Positions 17,771 to 18,389 of a stretch of 18,389 nucleotides of DNA are shown piece by piece; position 1 is the first letter of the stretch, and each line of letters begins with the position of its first letter. The notes beneath the pieces are model-generated. The model saw only the letters and a program-made list of their open reading frames with translations, did not search any database and was not told the origin of the DNA. The translations under genes and the position numbers were made by a program. Source of the stretch: an uncultured Chlamydiae bacterium. Its GTDB lineage: Bacteria; Chlamydiota; Chlamydiia; Chlamydiales; Parachlamydiaceae. The stretch spans positions 1 to 18,389 of the forward strand of contig CAWHMU010000006.1 of the NCBI GenBank assembly GCA_963830365.1, given 5' to 3'.

Positions 17771-17997
17771 CCCTTCTTTTAGCTCTCTCTAATTTCAAAT
17801 CACAAATCACGGCTCGACCCCACTCCTCGAGAGTCAGGTACGCATTTATCGGATGAACCTAAAATAATTTAGTCCCAAGGGGGCGTTATAATTTCAGCCT
17901 CGATAGCATACTAAAAATGAAACGGCCAAAATGCAATTATAACGCCCCCTTGGGACTGGATTGTTTTTTTATAGCCCACGGTTTGCGCCGAATGGCG

Positions 17998-18389
17998 GCC
18001 GAGTAGTTAAATGGACTTTCACCATAAAACCCTCACAGAACCGTACGTGAAGCTCTCACTTCATACGGCTCGTCTGTCCAAATCGTGTCTCTGCATCCAT
18101 TGCCAATTCGCAAAAAGATTTGATTCTCTTTTTCTTATTCTAGATAACCAGTCTTTTGCTTTTAGCCAACTATGCTTCAACTTCTCATATTTCTTCTTTG
18201 CCCATTTCATCAAGACAGTGTCTACATTCCTCATTATAGGCCAAAGTTCAGACGCATTAAATTTCCCATAATAATTTATCCATCCTGATATGACTGGATT
18301 TATTATTTTGGTGAATTCTCTTAGATTTCCATTCGGTTTGACTTCTTTTAACCAGCTTTTTATTTTATCCCTTGCCTTCTGTTTTGCCC
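17998..18389 (-). mobile_element. Group II intron, 3' part (domains V-VI; bacterial class D-like), continuing beyond the window
   Basis: DV GAGCCGTATGAAGTGAGAGCTTCACGTACGGTTC (18071-18038) with the AGC triad. DVI GAGGGTTTTATGGTGAAAGTCCATTTAACTACTC with a bulged A. Probable 3' end ...CTACTCGGC at 17998. Confidence 0.93.
18061..18387 (-). CDS. ltrA: Group II intron RT/maturase, C-terminal X (thumb) domain, partial; no endonuclease domain
   Basis: Not in the ORF track. Translates AKQKARDKIKSW...IINPVISGWINYYGKF...LMKWAKKKY...LFANW...RRAV*, matching the NP..RGW.NYY maturase motif. The stop lies inside DV. Confidence 0.93.
   Translation of the reverse strand, partial: AKQKARDKIKSWLKEVKPNGNLREFTKIINPVISGWINYYGKFNASELWPIMRNVDTVLMKWAKKKYEKLKHSWLKAKDWLSRIRKRESNLFANWQWMQRHDLDRRAV

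Larger units (their letters stand above)
17309..17859. mobile_element. Non-autonomous ISL3-type MITE (551 bp) with an 8-bp target-site duplication
   Basis: The TIR ggttcatccgacaaatgcgtacct matches the reverse complement of aggtacgcatttatcggatgaacc at 23/24. Flanked by TAAAATAA at 17301-17308 and 17860-17867. GG-starting TIRs and an 8-bp AT-rich DR fit ISL3. Confidence 0.88.
17229..17997. repeat. REP/REPIN-like palindromic element interrupted by a MITE and a group II intron
   Basis: Left arm agcccacggt...cgcaaaccgtggg (17256-17291), a central perfect 23-bp IR (17871-17893/17935-17957), and right arm cccacggtttgcg (17975-17987). Confidence 0.75.

Noticed and set aside
17229..17997. Possible CRISPR array or integron attC cluster
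   Set aside because: The repeats are inverted and nested rather than regularly spaced direct repeats. No cas genes, integrase or consistent attC core sites.
18011..18271. 86-aa + strand ORF
   Set aside because: Antisense to intron domain V and the maturase.

Overview
Genomic DNA from a bacterium of the phylum Chlamydiota, most likely an environmental Parachlamydiales-like lineage. The evidence is a close CT398/CdsZ orthologue followed by RNase P RNA, a long chlamydial-type GlyA, and chlamydial-type ABC-F and TrmH proteins. The left ~8 kb is accessory and contains a RelB/RelE-type toxin-antitoxin pair, an E. coli-type MntR, an 861-aa orphan and a pair of probably paralogous orphans. The mntR gene is divergent from a frameshifted orphan membrane-protein gene whose candidate promoter carries tandem MntR-like boxes. 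The middle is largely core: ABC-F, trmH-like, folE, an orphan, rnpB, cdsZ, a CBM20-like protein and glyA. Two intergenic zones (5.3-5.9 kb and 16.8-18.0 kb) hold nested repeats: ISL3 transposase remnants, an ISL3-type MITE with a perfect 8-bp target duplication that carries hairpin cargo, REP-like palindromes, and the 3' end of a group II intron that appears to be inserted in a REP-like arm. The best leads are (1) the MntR/tandem-operator/orphan membrane-protein module and (2) the REP-like element acting as a landing pad for a MITE and a group II intron. All calls were made by eye; no database search was run.
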